A stretch of DNA of 64,000 nt from Tubulanus polymorphus (Eukaryota > Animalia > Nemertea). Under the pieces are notes generated by a model. That model saw only the letters and a list, made by a program, of their open reading frames with translations. It was not told the origin of the DNA and did not search any database. Below are positions 1-12,770 of this stretch, piece by piece (position 1 is the first letter of the stretch; the number at the start of each line of letters is the position of its first letter). Location of the stretch: assembly GCF_964204645.1 (NCBI RefSeq), contig NC_134034.1:13591062-13655061 (forward strand), written 5' to 3'. The position numbers and the translations under genes are program-made.

Positions 1-445
1 AGTTGATCGAACTAAACTCAAAACGTTCCCGATCTTTCCACCCCGAGTAGCGAACGGTTTATCGAGCAGCTGTTACACCGCTGCTTATGGAAAACACAAT
101 CTTCTTGACGAATTTCGAGCTATTCGAAATTTTCGGCGTACAAATATTTTCGCTGATGTTTTATTTTCGCGGGTTCTTCAATGCACAGTTTATACAAATG
201 GCTTCTTTCAATCAAAAGGAACCTTTTCGTTTTCGACATAGGAATAAAAACAAATTCGAGGCTCTTTATTTGTTGTTGCGTTGAATCGGGAAGCCTTTCA
301 TAGGTTATTGACATCAATCAACCCGCATACACACATTACAACCCTGTCCCATAGAGGATTAATGATAATAATAATGTAACATTTCTAAGGGATTAACTAT
401 GAACAATAAAAGGAAGTTTATGTTAGTCTGGATGAACTAATCAGA

Positions 446-517
446 ATGGATTCGAAAGTTTTAACTGATTTAGGCGTTGCTATGATGTCAGAGACTGTTG
501 ATGGTGCAGAGGCTGAG
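446..517 (+). CDS. candidate alternative first coding exon of the MRL adaptor gene
   Basis: ATG at 446 follows an in-frame stop. 24 codons (MDSKVLTDLGVAMMSETVDGAEAE) end at GAG|gtagga in phase 0, compatible with the exon at 1215. No homology support. Confidence 0.3.
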
Positions 518-625
518 GTAGGATGTATCTTATTGGACATCAGGGGGGATAGGAGACCGACTTAGTACAGGGTATAAGTATAGGTTCTTTCACCAAGTTC
601 CACTGTTGTTTGGAGTTAATATGAC

Positions 626-1066
626 TGGACTGAGTTCCACATTTGTGTGGGTTTATTTAGTTTCTGAACCTGGTTCGACAGTTGTGTGGGTTTAATTTGA
701 CTGTGGACTCAGTTCCACAGTTGTGTGAGTTTAATTTGACTGTGGACCCAGTTCCACAGTTGTGTGGGTTTAATTTGACTGTGGACTCAGTTCCACAGTT
801 GTGTGGGTTTAATTTGACTGTGGACCCAGTTCCACAGTTGTGTGAGTTTAATTTGACTGTGGACCCAGTTCCACAGTTGTGTGGGTTTATTTCAACTCTG
901 GATCCAGTTCCACAGTTGTGTGAGTTTAATTTGACTCCGAACCCAGTTCCACAGTTGTGTGAGTTTAATTTGACTGTGTATCCAGTTCCACAGTTGTGTG
1001 GGTTTAATTTGACTCTGAATTCAGTTCCACAGTTGTGTGAGTTTGATTGTGGACTCAGTTCCACAA
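626..1066. repeat. 39-bp minisatellite (ggacccagttccacagttgtgtgggtttaatttgactgt), about 11 copies
   Basis: Direct 39-bp periodicity; a degenerate second array lies at 2438-2640. Confidence 0.95.
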
Positions 1067-1214
1067 TATTTGACAAGATGAATTTTACCAGACTCAACTA
1101 TAGAACTGATTACGAACGGTGCCTCTAATCAAAATCATATTTCAGCGATTCTTTGTTCAATGATTTCCGATTGTTTATTGATATATGTATTCTCTTTAAT
1201 TCGTATCGTTACAG

Positions 1215-1368
1215 GGTCTCGGAGGCGGATCGGCGACTATAGATGGCGCCACTAACAGTATGTCTGCTAGTAAACTGACACCTACTCTGGCAATAGAGAG
1301 TTTTCGTGCATCGTTTATTCTCGGTGGTGACGGAGATGGTAAAATATCTATTCTATCTCCTCGCTCTC

Positions 1369-1399
<31 letters not shown>

Positions 1400-4300
1400 A
1401 TCTTAATTATCCAAATTCATCCCAGTAAAGATTATAGAAATAATGAATTTAGTTTGTAAATAGTGAATGACACCGGGCGTGCGTGTAAAACACTGCACCC
1501 GATTGCACAGTTTATGCCCCATTTCGGTTCTAACAACTCTCTAACTTCCGATCTAACAATTTTCTAACAACCGAACACTAACTGGTCTGAGCCCTATAGC
1601 TGTAAGACGGGTATAAGATAATTGTTTTATGGCCAAATACGATACTTTAAAAAATTGTGGTTCAATATTAAAACCTTTTTTTCTCTTAAAGAGAAAGAAA
1701 GAAATGTCTTTCATTAGATTGTGTTAGAGATTGAAATAGGGGGAACATGAACTCTTTAAGCGGGGTCCTCGACTGTTTATTGTGTACGTTGCATTTTGCA
1801 TTTTGTGTTGTACTGTCACGCCCTACTAGCTACTCTCCCAGACTGATAGCAAAACAAACTCAAATCAATGATTCATTTCAACTCATTTTTAAGCTGTCGA
1901 CTGCTAGCTGCTCGCATAGCTTACTGACTGCTAGCTCATAGCTTACTAACACTAAACAGCATGTGTACCCCCCCTCCCCTGCTCCCAGAAGGGTCTCAAT
2001 TCTAAACTGCATCCAGTCAAATTATGTAATCAGTCCTATTTACGCAGAGCTCCTAAAGGGAAGCTTTCTGAATTGAAAACCTCTTGAATTCTATCTAAAG
2101 CATTGCTGCCCTTGAGCATCTTGATACATCTCTTAAATTAATTGTTTATTTCCACATGGAATTAATTAATTCTTTCATTCCCGTTGATTTCTACCTTAAA
2201 GGCGGGCGTAAGCACGAGCAGTAGTACAGACTGCTTGGAGTTGATTTAATTTAGTTGCTATCGATTTTCTGATCTGTTTTATTTGCCCTGAGTCTGAATT
2301 CTATAAATAGAGAAGAACAGACGCATTTTTATGACAAAAATGAAATGATCAGTCGCGAGGAAAGTTTAGTTTCGATGACGGAATGTAGATGGCAGCATCT
2401 TCTTATATCTAATTCACTAGTCACTCCGATATTAAAATTGACTCTGGACCCAGTTTCCACAGTTGTGTGGGTTTAATTCATCTCCGGATCCAGTTCCACA
2501 GTTATGTGGGTTAATTTGACTCTGGATCCAGTTCCTCAGTTTTAGGCAGGTTGAATTTGATTTTGGGCCCAGTTCCATAGTTATGCAAGTTTGATTTCAT
2601 CCACTCACTTCCACAATTGCATGGGTATAATTTCACTCAGAACCCATTTAATGATTCCAATTGCGATGCAGATATTTCACTTCTACATGACTGTGAGTCT
2701 GATGATTTAACTGATGATTTAGTTCATTCTAATTTTAAACACAAACCACAACATTGCTTAACATACGAATATAAACATCCTCGTTTGAACAATAGAAGCA
2801 CCACGCATTAATTACTGATTGAATAAGAGAAATTGATGCGATGAATTATGAACGACAGTAATCCGGAAACCTTGCAAAATATATATTTCCAAATGCAGTC
2901 CTTAAGTAATGTTTAATTAGAGTCCGGTGAAAAGAAGTCTGGTGATCCTCGTTTAATAATATATATAAAAAGCGTTCAAAATCCACCCTCACATTTTGGG
3001 TCATTGCCATGTGGCGCAGTTCAAGAAGTATAAACGCTTAATACTGGAATCGGTCGTATTTCAGTGCGGTTATTGAAATAATCTACGTGATAGAGGTGAA
3101 TTTCGACAATTTTCTCGTAATTGCGGGGTTTTTTTTTCTCGTTGAAATATTTTTACGGCGCTAGAAAAGATGAAACTACAAATGTTTTCAATCGTTTCCA
3201 GTTAGGGGGCGCTACGCGGGAATATTTCGTTTTTTATTTCCATTCATTCGCGCTTTCGTTACGTATGTCGGTGTATGTCTGTGTATGTCTGTATGTATGT
3301 CCTCCTTTCTTACGTACATACGCACGCGCAAAAGCTCGAAATATCTAATACGTTTGTTATGATAAATATTTTTCAGGGGATCAAGAAGTAGATTTGGACG
3401 CGATTCTAGGCGAGTTGTGCGCGTTGGAGACCGAGTTGAAAACACAGAAATCGGAAATCAATAAATCGATGCAGATACCGTCTGTCGTGCCTCCCCCGCC
3501 CGTCGACGATCTCGCCGAACAGAGACAACACGACATCGACGCTTATTGCAACAATCAGTTAGAAATGGGCGGCCAGTTGCCGCCGGCGATGACGGCAGAC
3601 GGAATATCGTCGTCGTCGTCGTCATCGAGGACGCGGCGGACGTCGGGGCAACAATCGGGCAGCGGCGTTACTATGGAGCGTAGAATGAGCGCCCTCGACG
3701 ACGCGCTTGAACAGATGACGATGTTAGGATTGAATATGGTGAAAGGAGAACAGACTGTAGTCACTGATGACGGTGAGTACAAAAAATGGGGCGGCTCCGA
3801 GAATATCCTTATGATTCAGGAACATCCCTTTCTCAAGTGGGTGACTCCGGGTTCGGCGTCAACCATCATCACTTTTCGAATAAACAAAAAAAAATTTTCA
3901 TGCGAATAATTTTTCGTTTCAGTTGCGGCGACACCACCTGCTCCCCCCGCGCAATTCACGAACATAGACTCATCGATGAATAAAAGTCACCGCGACTCGG
4001 TCGTCGATCGCGACTCGGCGTTCATGGAGAACGAATCGCTCCGTAGTTCGGAGTCGTTCCTGTCGGTGAACACAACCGGGTCGAGTTCGAGTTCCGGAGC
4101 TGGAGGAGTCAGTGGACCAGCAGACGGATTAGTTGGAGGAGGAGCGACGAATAGCCATCTATCGAGCGAGTATCACAGCATGGAGAGCGCGACGTTCACC
4201 GCTGAGGAGGTCAGTTTATAAATAAACTAAGGCACTCAAAATGATGCAGACGCTTCCTTGAAATTTTAACCTTTAAAACTCATTATATCCAAGAATGACT

Positions 4301-7300
4301 GATCTGTGAGAACCGTGTAAATTAATAAACGATAGACCGATAAACTAGCCCTCGTAAGCCCTCGGTAGACCAGTACGCGCTAATTTCAATCAGAATTTAT
4401 CGGTAATTTTTTCTCTGACCACAAACGTGTATTTATTTCGGTGTTCAGGGTCGTAGCTCATTAACGGCACAGTTGAATACGCTCGAAGAGATTTTGGAAC
4501 AAGAAAATTTAAGTCCAGTGAGTTGAAAGTGCATGAGACTCTACTTCTACGGAATGAGATATTAGTCCGAACTAATTTGGAATGATCACACGCGAATTAG
4601 CTTTGACTTGTTTTTGCCACAAAGTTCCTCGTATAGCATTATGTAATACATTGTTATACTAACTCGAGCGTTAGATTAAACCTTTGATCGAATTGCCCGA
4701 GCCCCGGGTGCCCACCAGCCCAGCACGCGCGCTAATTCCAGCCCAGTGCGCCCGCTTGCCCCAGCCAGTGCTCCTGCTAGCCCAAGCCCGCGCTCCTACT
4801 AGCTCCAGCCCCGCGCGCCTGCTAGCCCCAGCCCGTGCGCCTGCTAGCCCCATCCCCCAGCTATGCATTTTTGATACAACATATCAGCTTCATATGTTCC
4901 ATGCATGCTTCGCTGAAAAATTTGAACGGATTAAAATTTTTGGCCTCTCATCATTTTCAAAAATAGAAAGGTCACTAAAGATTTAAGATACAAATGCAGC
5001 TTGTAGTTGTTGCGCAGCGCATGTTGGATTAGGGAACTTAGATAGAGTTTTTGCCAATTTTGTTGCAACGATGGAACGTCTATTTTTAGCATGTTATATA
5101 CAGGTATTCATGAGCAGCCCGGAACCACTCTCATTATTAAAATTATTGCATCACCGCCTTCCAGTAATGGATTGTTGCGTAACTAACATCCTCTCTTTGT
5201 CTTACAGGTCGAACACGCAGCAAAAATGAAAGCCGAGAAAATTCGAATCGCGATGGAAAAAATGAAAGAATCCAATTTCAGAAAGGTAACAGTTTCTCTC
5301 TAGTATGCGTGGTACATAACCTGTGAAAAATCTAATCATGAGACCGGTGTAGGTCGACTGATGACTTCTCCCGACGCGACACGATTAGGAATCAATCGTC
5401 ATATTGTGGATAATTCACACGTGTTGAATTCATGAAAAGTTTCTCGTTTATTTCAGTTATTCGTAAGAGCGTACACGCCAGACGGAAGCAGTAAGAGTAT
5501 TCTAGTCGATGAAACGATGACCGTGCGTAAAGTCTGGCAGATACTCACCGATAAAAATCACTGGAAACCGAATGTTAATTTAGCCGTCATCGAACAACTT
5601 CCCGCTTTATACATGGGTACGTCGCTATTGGTTACTTTGTGTTTTCAATACAGTGCAGTGTATAACTGACCCGCAGTGCAGTGCACAACAGATGCTGCTA
5701 CACTGTGCCTTCCCCGTAGTGCGGTGTATTACAGATGTACCACCATACTGCTTCTACCCCGCAGTGCAGTGTACAACCGACGCTGCTACACTGTGCCTTC
5801 CCCGTAGTGCGGTGTATTACAGATGTACCACAATACTGCTTCTACCCCGCAGTGCAGTGTACAACAGACGCTGCTACACTGTGCCTTCCCCGTAGTGCGG
5901 TGTATTACAGATGTACCACAATACTGCTTCTAACCCGCAGTGCAGTGCTTAGACACAATTATGTCACGTTTCGAATGATATTTTCAGAGCGCATTTTAGA
6001 AGACAGCGATTCGATCGTTGACGTCATGTTGACTTGGACTAAAGACACGTCGAACAAAGTACTATTCACGGAGAAACCGATAAAATACAACGTGTTTCAG
6101 AATCCCGAGGTTCGTTTAAACATATTTTTGAAAAATCGTAATCAGAAAATTCGGAGAAAATTATTTATAAAGCGATTGTTTTTTTTCTTCTAATAATTAG
6201 AGATACTTGTTGGGCGAGTCGTACTCGGAACGAGGGTCGGCGCTCGACGATCACAGTCGAAGGAAACTCGTCGATGAATTTTTCGCCGTCAATCAAATAC
6301 CGGAGGTGGAAGGAATGCTCTATCTGAAAGCGGAGGGCAAGAAAGCGTGGAAGAAAATATACTGCGTTCTGAGAGCTTCGGGCATCTATTGTAATCCGAA
6401 AGGCAAAAGTAAAGTAAGTAATAATGGAATGAGTCCCGACTGAGTTTGACCTGAAACTGAAACTACTGACTGAAAATCATGTAATGCGGACCAGTTTTGA
6501 GTTAATATGTTCGACACTTTTAGTGCGATTAATGTTATAAAAAATGAACTGATTTTGACTGTAGAGTTAAAGTAATAGAAAATGAACTGATTTTGACTGT
6601 AGAGTTAAACTAATAGAAAATGAACTGATTTTGACTGTAGAGTTAAAGTAATAGAGAATGAACTGATTTTGACTGTAGAGTTAAAGTAATTGAAAATGAA
6701 CTGATTTTGACTGTAGAGTTAAAGTAATTGAAAATGAACTGATTTTGACTGTAGAGTTAAACTAATAGAAAATGAACTGATTTTGACTGTAGAGTTAAAG
6801 TAATAGAGAATGAACTGATTTTGACTGTAGAGTTAAAGTAATTGAAAATGAACTGATTTTGACTGTAGAGTTAAAGTAATTGAAAATGAACTGATTTTGA
6901 CTGTAGAGTTAAAGTAATAGAAAATGAACTGATTTTGACTGTAGAGTTAAAGTAATAGAAAATGAACTGATTTTGACTGTAGAGTTTAAGTAATTGAAAA
7001 TGAACGGATATTGTCTGTAGAGTTAAATAGACTGAACTGATTTTGACTGTAGAGTTAAACTAATAGAAAATGAACTGATTTTGACTGTAGAGTTAAAGTA
7101 ATTGAAAATGAACTGATTTTGACTGTAGAGTTAAACTAATAGAAAATGAACTGATTTTGACTGTAGAGTTAAAGTAATAGAAAATGAACTAATTCTAAAT
7201 CGGGTCCCATTCCGCAAGGATATAGTGCTACCTGGAAAACACTTCAGCGATTATTTCTAAAAGATTTTACTAATTTTTAACGAATACCGGTATATTTCCA

Positions 7301-10063
7301 GTCTCTGAAGGATCTGACGAGTTTAGTTCAGTTGGACATGGTCGAAGTTTACCACGGCGTCGGTTGGAAGAAAAAGTACAAAGCGCCGACCGATTACTGC
7401 TTCGCGTTGAAACACCCGAAAATACAGAAAAAAGCGATCAAATATATAAAATATTTGTGCGCGGAAGACAAGTCTACTTACCTACAGTGGATGACCGGTA
7501 TACGTATTGCAAAGGTAAGATGATTAGCTATTATTCATCTGTGAACCTTTATTAGCAGGTTTGAGGTTTCATTTCTCCCTCAACCGACTGAGTGCCACTC
7601 AGAGGGGCATAATTAGCAGGTTTGAGGTTTCATTTCTCCCTCAACCGACTGAGTACCACTCAGAGGGGCATAATTAGCAGGTTTGAGGTTTCATTTCTCC
7701 CTCAACTGACCGAGTGCCACTCAGAGGGGCATAATAAGCAGGTTTGAGGTTTCATTTCTCCCTCAACCGACTGAGCGCCACTCAACCGAGAAACTCTAGC
7801 GCCACCTGGAATCTAACCTATGAAGCGTTTACTTGGCGATACCAGTGAATGACCGATAGCTTACACTTATCGGCCATCACTCTTCTCAATGAAGTAGTAG
7901 GTACTAGGGCCAAGCATCACAAAAAAAAAATCAATTAGATTTCTTCATCAAATTCAAAAACTGAGCATTTTGAAAAACTGGACCCTGATCTAGAGGGATA
8001 ACTAAGTCAATGGTAGCTGAAAAGGGAAGCTCCTCAGAAATGGTTTTTTATCTGAAGTTTATTTCATTTCATACATTTTTCAGCTCGGTCAGAAACTCTA
8101 CCAGAACTACAAAGATCTATGCAGCGATGTCGCGTTATGGGAGTCGAACGTTCTGCCGAGTATCGGTCAACTGGCATCCGATCGTCTGACGATGCTGTGC
8201 GTAGCGACTCCGCCGAAAACGACGCCGACGCCTGCCGCGACAAAACCGGAAAGCGGCAGACGCGGAAGTTTACCGTCGTCGACCGTCAACAAAGTCGAGC
8301 AGACGCCGTCGAGACCGGTTCAACGTCGCGCGTCTGTCGCGACTCACGACGTCGGCAGCAGCAGACGGACGGGGTCGACGTCGAGTGGCGGAGCAGCGTG
8401 CGCGCGGTCGATGAGTTTCGCGCACGCCGGTGACGTCAATCGTAATTCCGTTTGCGGCGGCTCGAGCACCGACAGTTCGAATTCAGCGGATTCGTATTCG
8501 CAAGGCGGTGGCGCTGTCAGTCGTAAATTATCGTGCGACGCGTACGACCCGGACTCGCCGCGACACAACGTCGACGAGGTCTACTCGACCTTGACCCGAC
8601 GAGTCGAACGGGTCGATTACGACTCGTCGAATTACGGAACGATTACGAAACGTAATCTAGCGGAACGAGATGCCGGTAGCGATTACGGTACCGTGACGAG
8701 ACGTAATCTAGCGGAGCGCGACGCGAGCAGCGATTATGGTACGATTACGCGACACAGCCGCGTCGGTAGCGAGAGTAATTTCAGCCTGCGGTCGTCGATG
8801 CGCGGAGGAGTTCGCGCCAAGGCGAATTTACCGGTGACGACCGACGTAACGAAATATCTAACGCTCGGTAGACGCGGAACTACTCCCCCGAACGAACTCG
8901 AACCGGATTATTTACTAGACAATTCCGACTATTCGACCAACACTTGTGATCAGAGCGCCAACGTGATCGACGGCGCGCATCGGTATTTCGCGGCGCGACA
9001 GAGCAGTCCGGCGCCGCCGCCCGGTGATTTCGGCGTTGCGACGAACAATAACGCGTTGTCGCAGCAGATGACGACCTCCGACTCGTCGACGATGACGCCA
9101 TCGCCGCCGCACGAAAACATCTCGGAAGATTCGGGAATCGCGTCATTGTACGACACGAAGGGCGCCATCTACCAGCAGCAGCAGAAACAACAACAACAGC
9201 AACAACAACCGATGGTGCAGACTCACAGTCGAGAGAGTTCGATGAGCAGCCAGACGTCGTCTATACGCAGTCGACCGCATTCCGGCTCGTCGTATTCCTC
9301 GGGACATTCGGCGGAAACAACGCCACCTACGCCGCAGACGCCGAACTTCACTCGACCGGTAGCGCCACCACCAGCGCCACCTCTGCCGAATAATATGCGC
9401 GGTAGCGGTTCACCGGCGCCATCTAGTCAACAGCAACGAACGAGCATGCGATCTTTGAATACGTCGGTTGAGAATGTGGGCGCATCGTCCGGGTTACCGT
9501 TTCTGAGCGAACTCGTCACGCGATCTAGTCATTCGGAACTCGGACCGAAATCGTTATTGAAACCGCCGCCCTCCGCCACCGGAGGGCGCGAACATCGACG
9601 CGCGGCCTCGCACGGCAGCGGCGGTGGCGTGCAACAATCGTCTAATCACGCAGCGACGATTCATTCGACTTCCGATTCGCAACTTTCCAGCCACGGTACA
9701 AAAACAGCGGGGCCGGTTACATCGCCGAAACCGCGTTGTAAACCTCCCCCTCCTCCGCGAACGACGCCGGTTATGGAATCGGACTACGTACAGGACGTGT
9801 TGGTGCAAGCTCCGTCTGCCGTACGGAATACAGCGGCAGACGGATTGCCTCTCCCGCCGGCGCCCGATTTCGACGAAGGATTATGCGACATCGATAGTTT
9901 GCCGCCGCCTCCACCAGAATTATTAGAAGGTTTACCGGGATACGACGCGACGCCGGCGCCACCACCCACGATGATGCAGACGCCGCCTAGCGGTAAAAAG
10001 AAGCCTCCGCCACCGCCGCCGAAGAGACGCGATTCTTCGCAAGCTCCGAAGGATTACGTTTGA
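1215..10063 (+). CDS. RAPH1: MRL-family (Mig-10/RIAM/Lamellipodin, pico) RA-PH adaptor protein; 5' end uncertain
   Basis: Exons 1215-1338, 3377-3772, 3923-4209, 4449-4517, 5208-5285, 5457-5616, 5988-6109, 6201-6413, 7302-7514, 8084-10063, all GT-AG and phase-compatible. Motifs: DQEVDLDAILGELCALE; coiled coil KAEKIRIAMEKMKE; RA domain (LFVRAYTPDGSSKSILVDETMT); PH domain (EGMLYLKAEGKKAWKKIYCVLRASGIY...KYKAPTDYCFALKHP); Pro-rich tail (LPPPPPE, PPPPPKR). Confidence 0.9.
5673..5948. repeat. 88-bp tandem repeat, 3 copies (intronic)
   Basis: Units start at 5673, 5761, 5849, with a partial unit at 5937. Confidence 0.9.
6541..7195. repeat. 38-bp minisatellite (aaaatgaactgattttgactgtagagttaaagtaatag), about 17 copies
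   Basis: Direct periodicity. Dispersed single or degenerate copies at about 11151, 11343, 18558 and 30770 (reverse). Confidence 0.95.
7551..7790. repeat. 61-bp tandem repeat, about 4 copies
   Basis: Units start at 7551, 7612, 7673, 7734. Each contains the small hairpin ctgagt-gcc-actcag. Confidence 0.9.
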
Positions 10064-11180
10064 AATGGAAAAAAAAACTAAGCTCAAGTTTCTAAGAGAA
10101 ATTCCTCTCTCTCTCTAGTTATGCAACTGCGAAGAAATCGTTTTTTTGATATAGAACTTATACAAAATCGCCGCCCGGTTTCCGAGTCAAGACTTATATA
10201 TAAAAATCTGAAAGTCTTTAATCTTGTGGGTAAAACCCGGTCTTGACTGCGGAACCAGTCACAGGACCCGGTTTAAGCAGACTAGGTATTGATAACTTAT
10301 AAACCCGGATCGAAGATGAATCTAAGTCCATTTCAGTACTTGAGACAATCTATAAAAAGATGATTATTTAACTTTAAACCTGGCTCAGTCTACCAGTCTT
10401 GGACTGGACAGTTGTATAACTGATAACTAATCTAAGACCAGTCTAGGCTCATTTTGATTCTATTGCCGATCTAACAACTTGAGACCAGTCTGAGGTCGTT
10501 CTGGTTCTATAGTCAACGTTATAACTTCATACCAGTCTAGACCGATCTTTGACTGAAGTCATGACTAGGCAACAAGGTGCCCGAGTCCTGGGTCAACTTC
10601 ATGTAAACCGGTGCCTAGTTTGACTAAACCAAACCCGATGACAAATGCAGGGATAACAATCGTTTTATTAACAATGATATATCTTTAATAGGCTAACAAC
10701 AACAAGAATGCAATTTTTGATTTTAACAAAAAAGAAAAAACTTCAAGCAATTTTACGTGTTTTTCAGAGATAGTGTAAATATACGTTACCTTTATACGGT
10801 GTTGTCAAGCAACTTGAAATTTGAAAGGATTTTTTCGTATTTTTCTCTCCCTTTCATGAGTGAATTTTGTGTGACAAATTTTCAACCAGTATTAATTGAG
10901 AATGTAATTATTAATATATATATATATATTATATACATCATTGCATATTGTGGCCTTTTTTGAGTCGTATCAGTGGCTTAGTAATACAATAAATACAAGT
11001 GTAATACCTTTGTAATACAAGTGTAATACCCGTGTAATACAAGTGTAATGTTGTTGTGTTTGTGGCAGACGGATAATTGATTTTTTACTCCAGTTCGCTC
11101 CAGGACTGTGGAGTAAAAAATAGATTCATTTTGATTGGATGACGTAATCGAAAATGAACTATTTTTGACTCAAAAGTTAA

Positions 11181-11330
11181 ACCCTTTCAGTGCTGACTAA
11201 TTAACACCCTAAATTAAGAAAAATTCCATCCCAGAATAACAGACAAGCCGCTATAGTCCATCGATACGGTGTATTGTTGAGTCCATCGTCGATTTATACA
11301 CCGTACTGCGGTGTACATGCACTGAAAGGG
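11181..11330. mobile_element. short piggyBac-like MITE copy
   Basis: Ends CCCTTTCAGTGC...GCACTGAAAGGG with a TTAA flank on the left and a degenerate one on the right. Confidence 0.7.
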
Positions 11331-12510
11331 TTGAAGTGATTGAAAATGAACTAATATTGAGTTAAAAGTGATAGAAAATGACCTTATTTTGACCGTTTTC
11401 ACAAACTATTTCCGTTAACCGTAGAGGCCTGACCTACTTATTACAAGCAAACATTTACGGTTTCATAACAGCATAAGATAATCTTATAAAGGTAAAATCT
11501 ATTCACGGCAACGTCACACGATATATTTTGCAGATATATCTAATGTAAATTTTTGCCTTCATATATGGGGGATACATAGTTGTAGCTAATACGTAGTTTG
11601 CATGGTAAAATAGCAATGACCGCCCCCTATAGGGTTAAGATTACTTTAAAAGACGAGATTTATCATAAATGTATTCTACGGAGAAATGTCAGAAAATGAA
11701 AACGCATGTTTAGAAATATTATGAAATTGTTGGCTTATGTTTCTTGTGTTATGAGATTGTAAAATGGCTTAAGGGTCATCCATCTATTATGTACTTACAC
11801 AGGAGGGTAGGGGGAGAGGATCTATAAAAAATCCAATCTCTGATACGTTGCCTACCAGTATATAGAACAGTACTTGCTACAGAGCTGATTAATTTGGAAT
11901 ATCACGCGTGCCTCGGTCAAAATCTTTACATCATTTCTACAGAAAATTCATTCATGCGAATAGCAGATGGAAATTTGACCCTTTGGATAAAAGAGCGCAG
12001 TCTAATGTAGCTTTGGACGTAATAAATGGATGAGTCCGAAAGGTAATCGCAAGAACATATTGAGATTCGATTTAGTTGTAAAAGCCAATAATAGAATATT
12101 CAAAGAATCATGACATGACTTGTGTTCGCTCCTAGCAAGCTTCAATGAAATATATGCATTCCATTTAGAGATTACCAGCACAATAATGAATAACCAGGAC
12201 TCTTAGTTCCACAGTTTGAGTTTGACTGGTCGGTTTAAATCAGTTTATTTACCATGTTTCAACGCGGGAGTCAAATATAAACCTACATCAGTCATAGAAT
12301 GAATTCATTCCTACGAAAGAGTTGAATTCTGTGTGTTGGGCTTAACCGTGAAGTATGGAATTGGGTCATGGATCCGATCGGACGGTGCCCAGAATAAAGT
12401 TGTAACACATGAACGGATTTTGAATGTAGATTCTATCTGGTAACAGCGGTAAAGAGTTCGTAATATAGAGCGAGGGTGTCGCGGACCAAACTGTTTGAAA
12501 TATTCTTTAA

Positions 12511-12770
12511 CCCTTTCAGTGCTGAGTAATTAAAACCCTGAAGTACTGGAGATAATTTGAAAGAAATTCTACCCAACCATTCTACCCATAGTGGTATGCC
12601 GGTTATTCTATACCGCTATAGTGAGTCTACACTATGGCGCTGTGTATCTTCAGTTACTAATATTGCACTACATTTGACAAGTGCTGCCATCTTTCAATAG
12701 AGATAATTATTAATTAATTCAATACACTTCAGTGTGCTAGCAAAATCCATCACCAATTAATACGCTAACT
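12511..12770. mobile_element. piggyBac-like MITE, degenerate right end
   Basis: TTAA|CCCTTTCAGTGC left end. Body co-linear with the 28447-28728 copy. Confidence 0.7.

Noticed and set aside
657-1128. 146/148-aa repetitive ORFs (HNCGT / PQLC repeats)
   Set aside because: Translations of the 39-bp minisatellite, open on both strands because 39 is divisible by 3.
4671-4986. Pro/Ala-rich ORFs in an intron
   Set aside because: Low-complexity gcccag/gctagc repeats. The flanking MRL exons splice in frame without them.
6541-7195. Arrays superficially resembling CRISPR
   Set aside because: Head-to-tail units without unique spacers, no cas genes, and located in eukaryotic introns. The same applies to 19768, 30153, 42135 and 47514.
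8119-9969. Overlapping and antisense ORFs in the large MRL exon (likewise in RRS1, CFAP210 and the bHLH gene)
   Set aside because: Shadow ORFs of GC-rich coding sequence.
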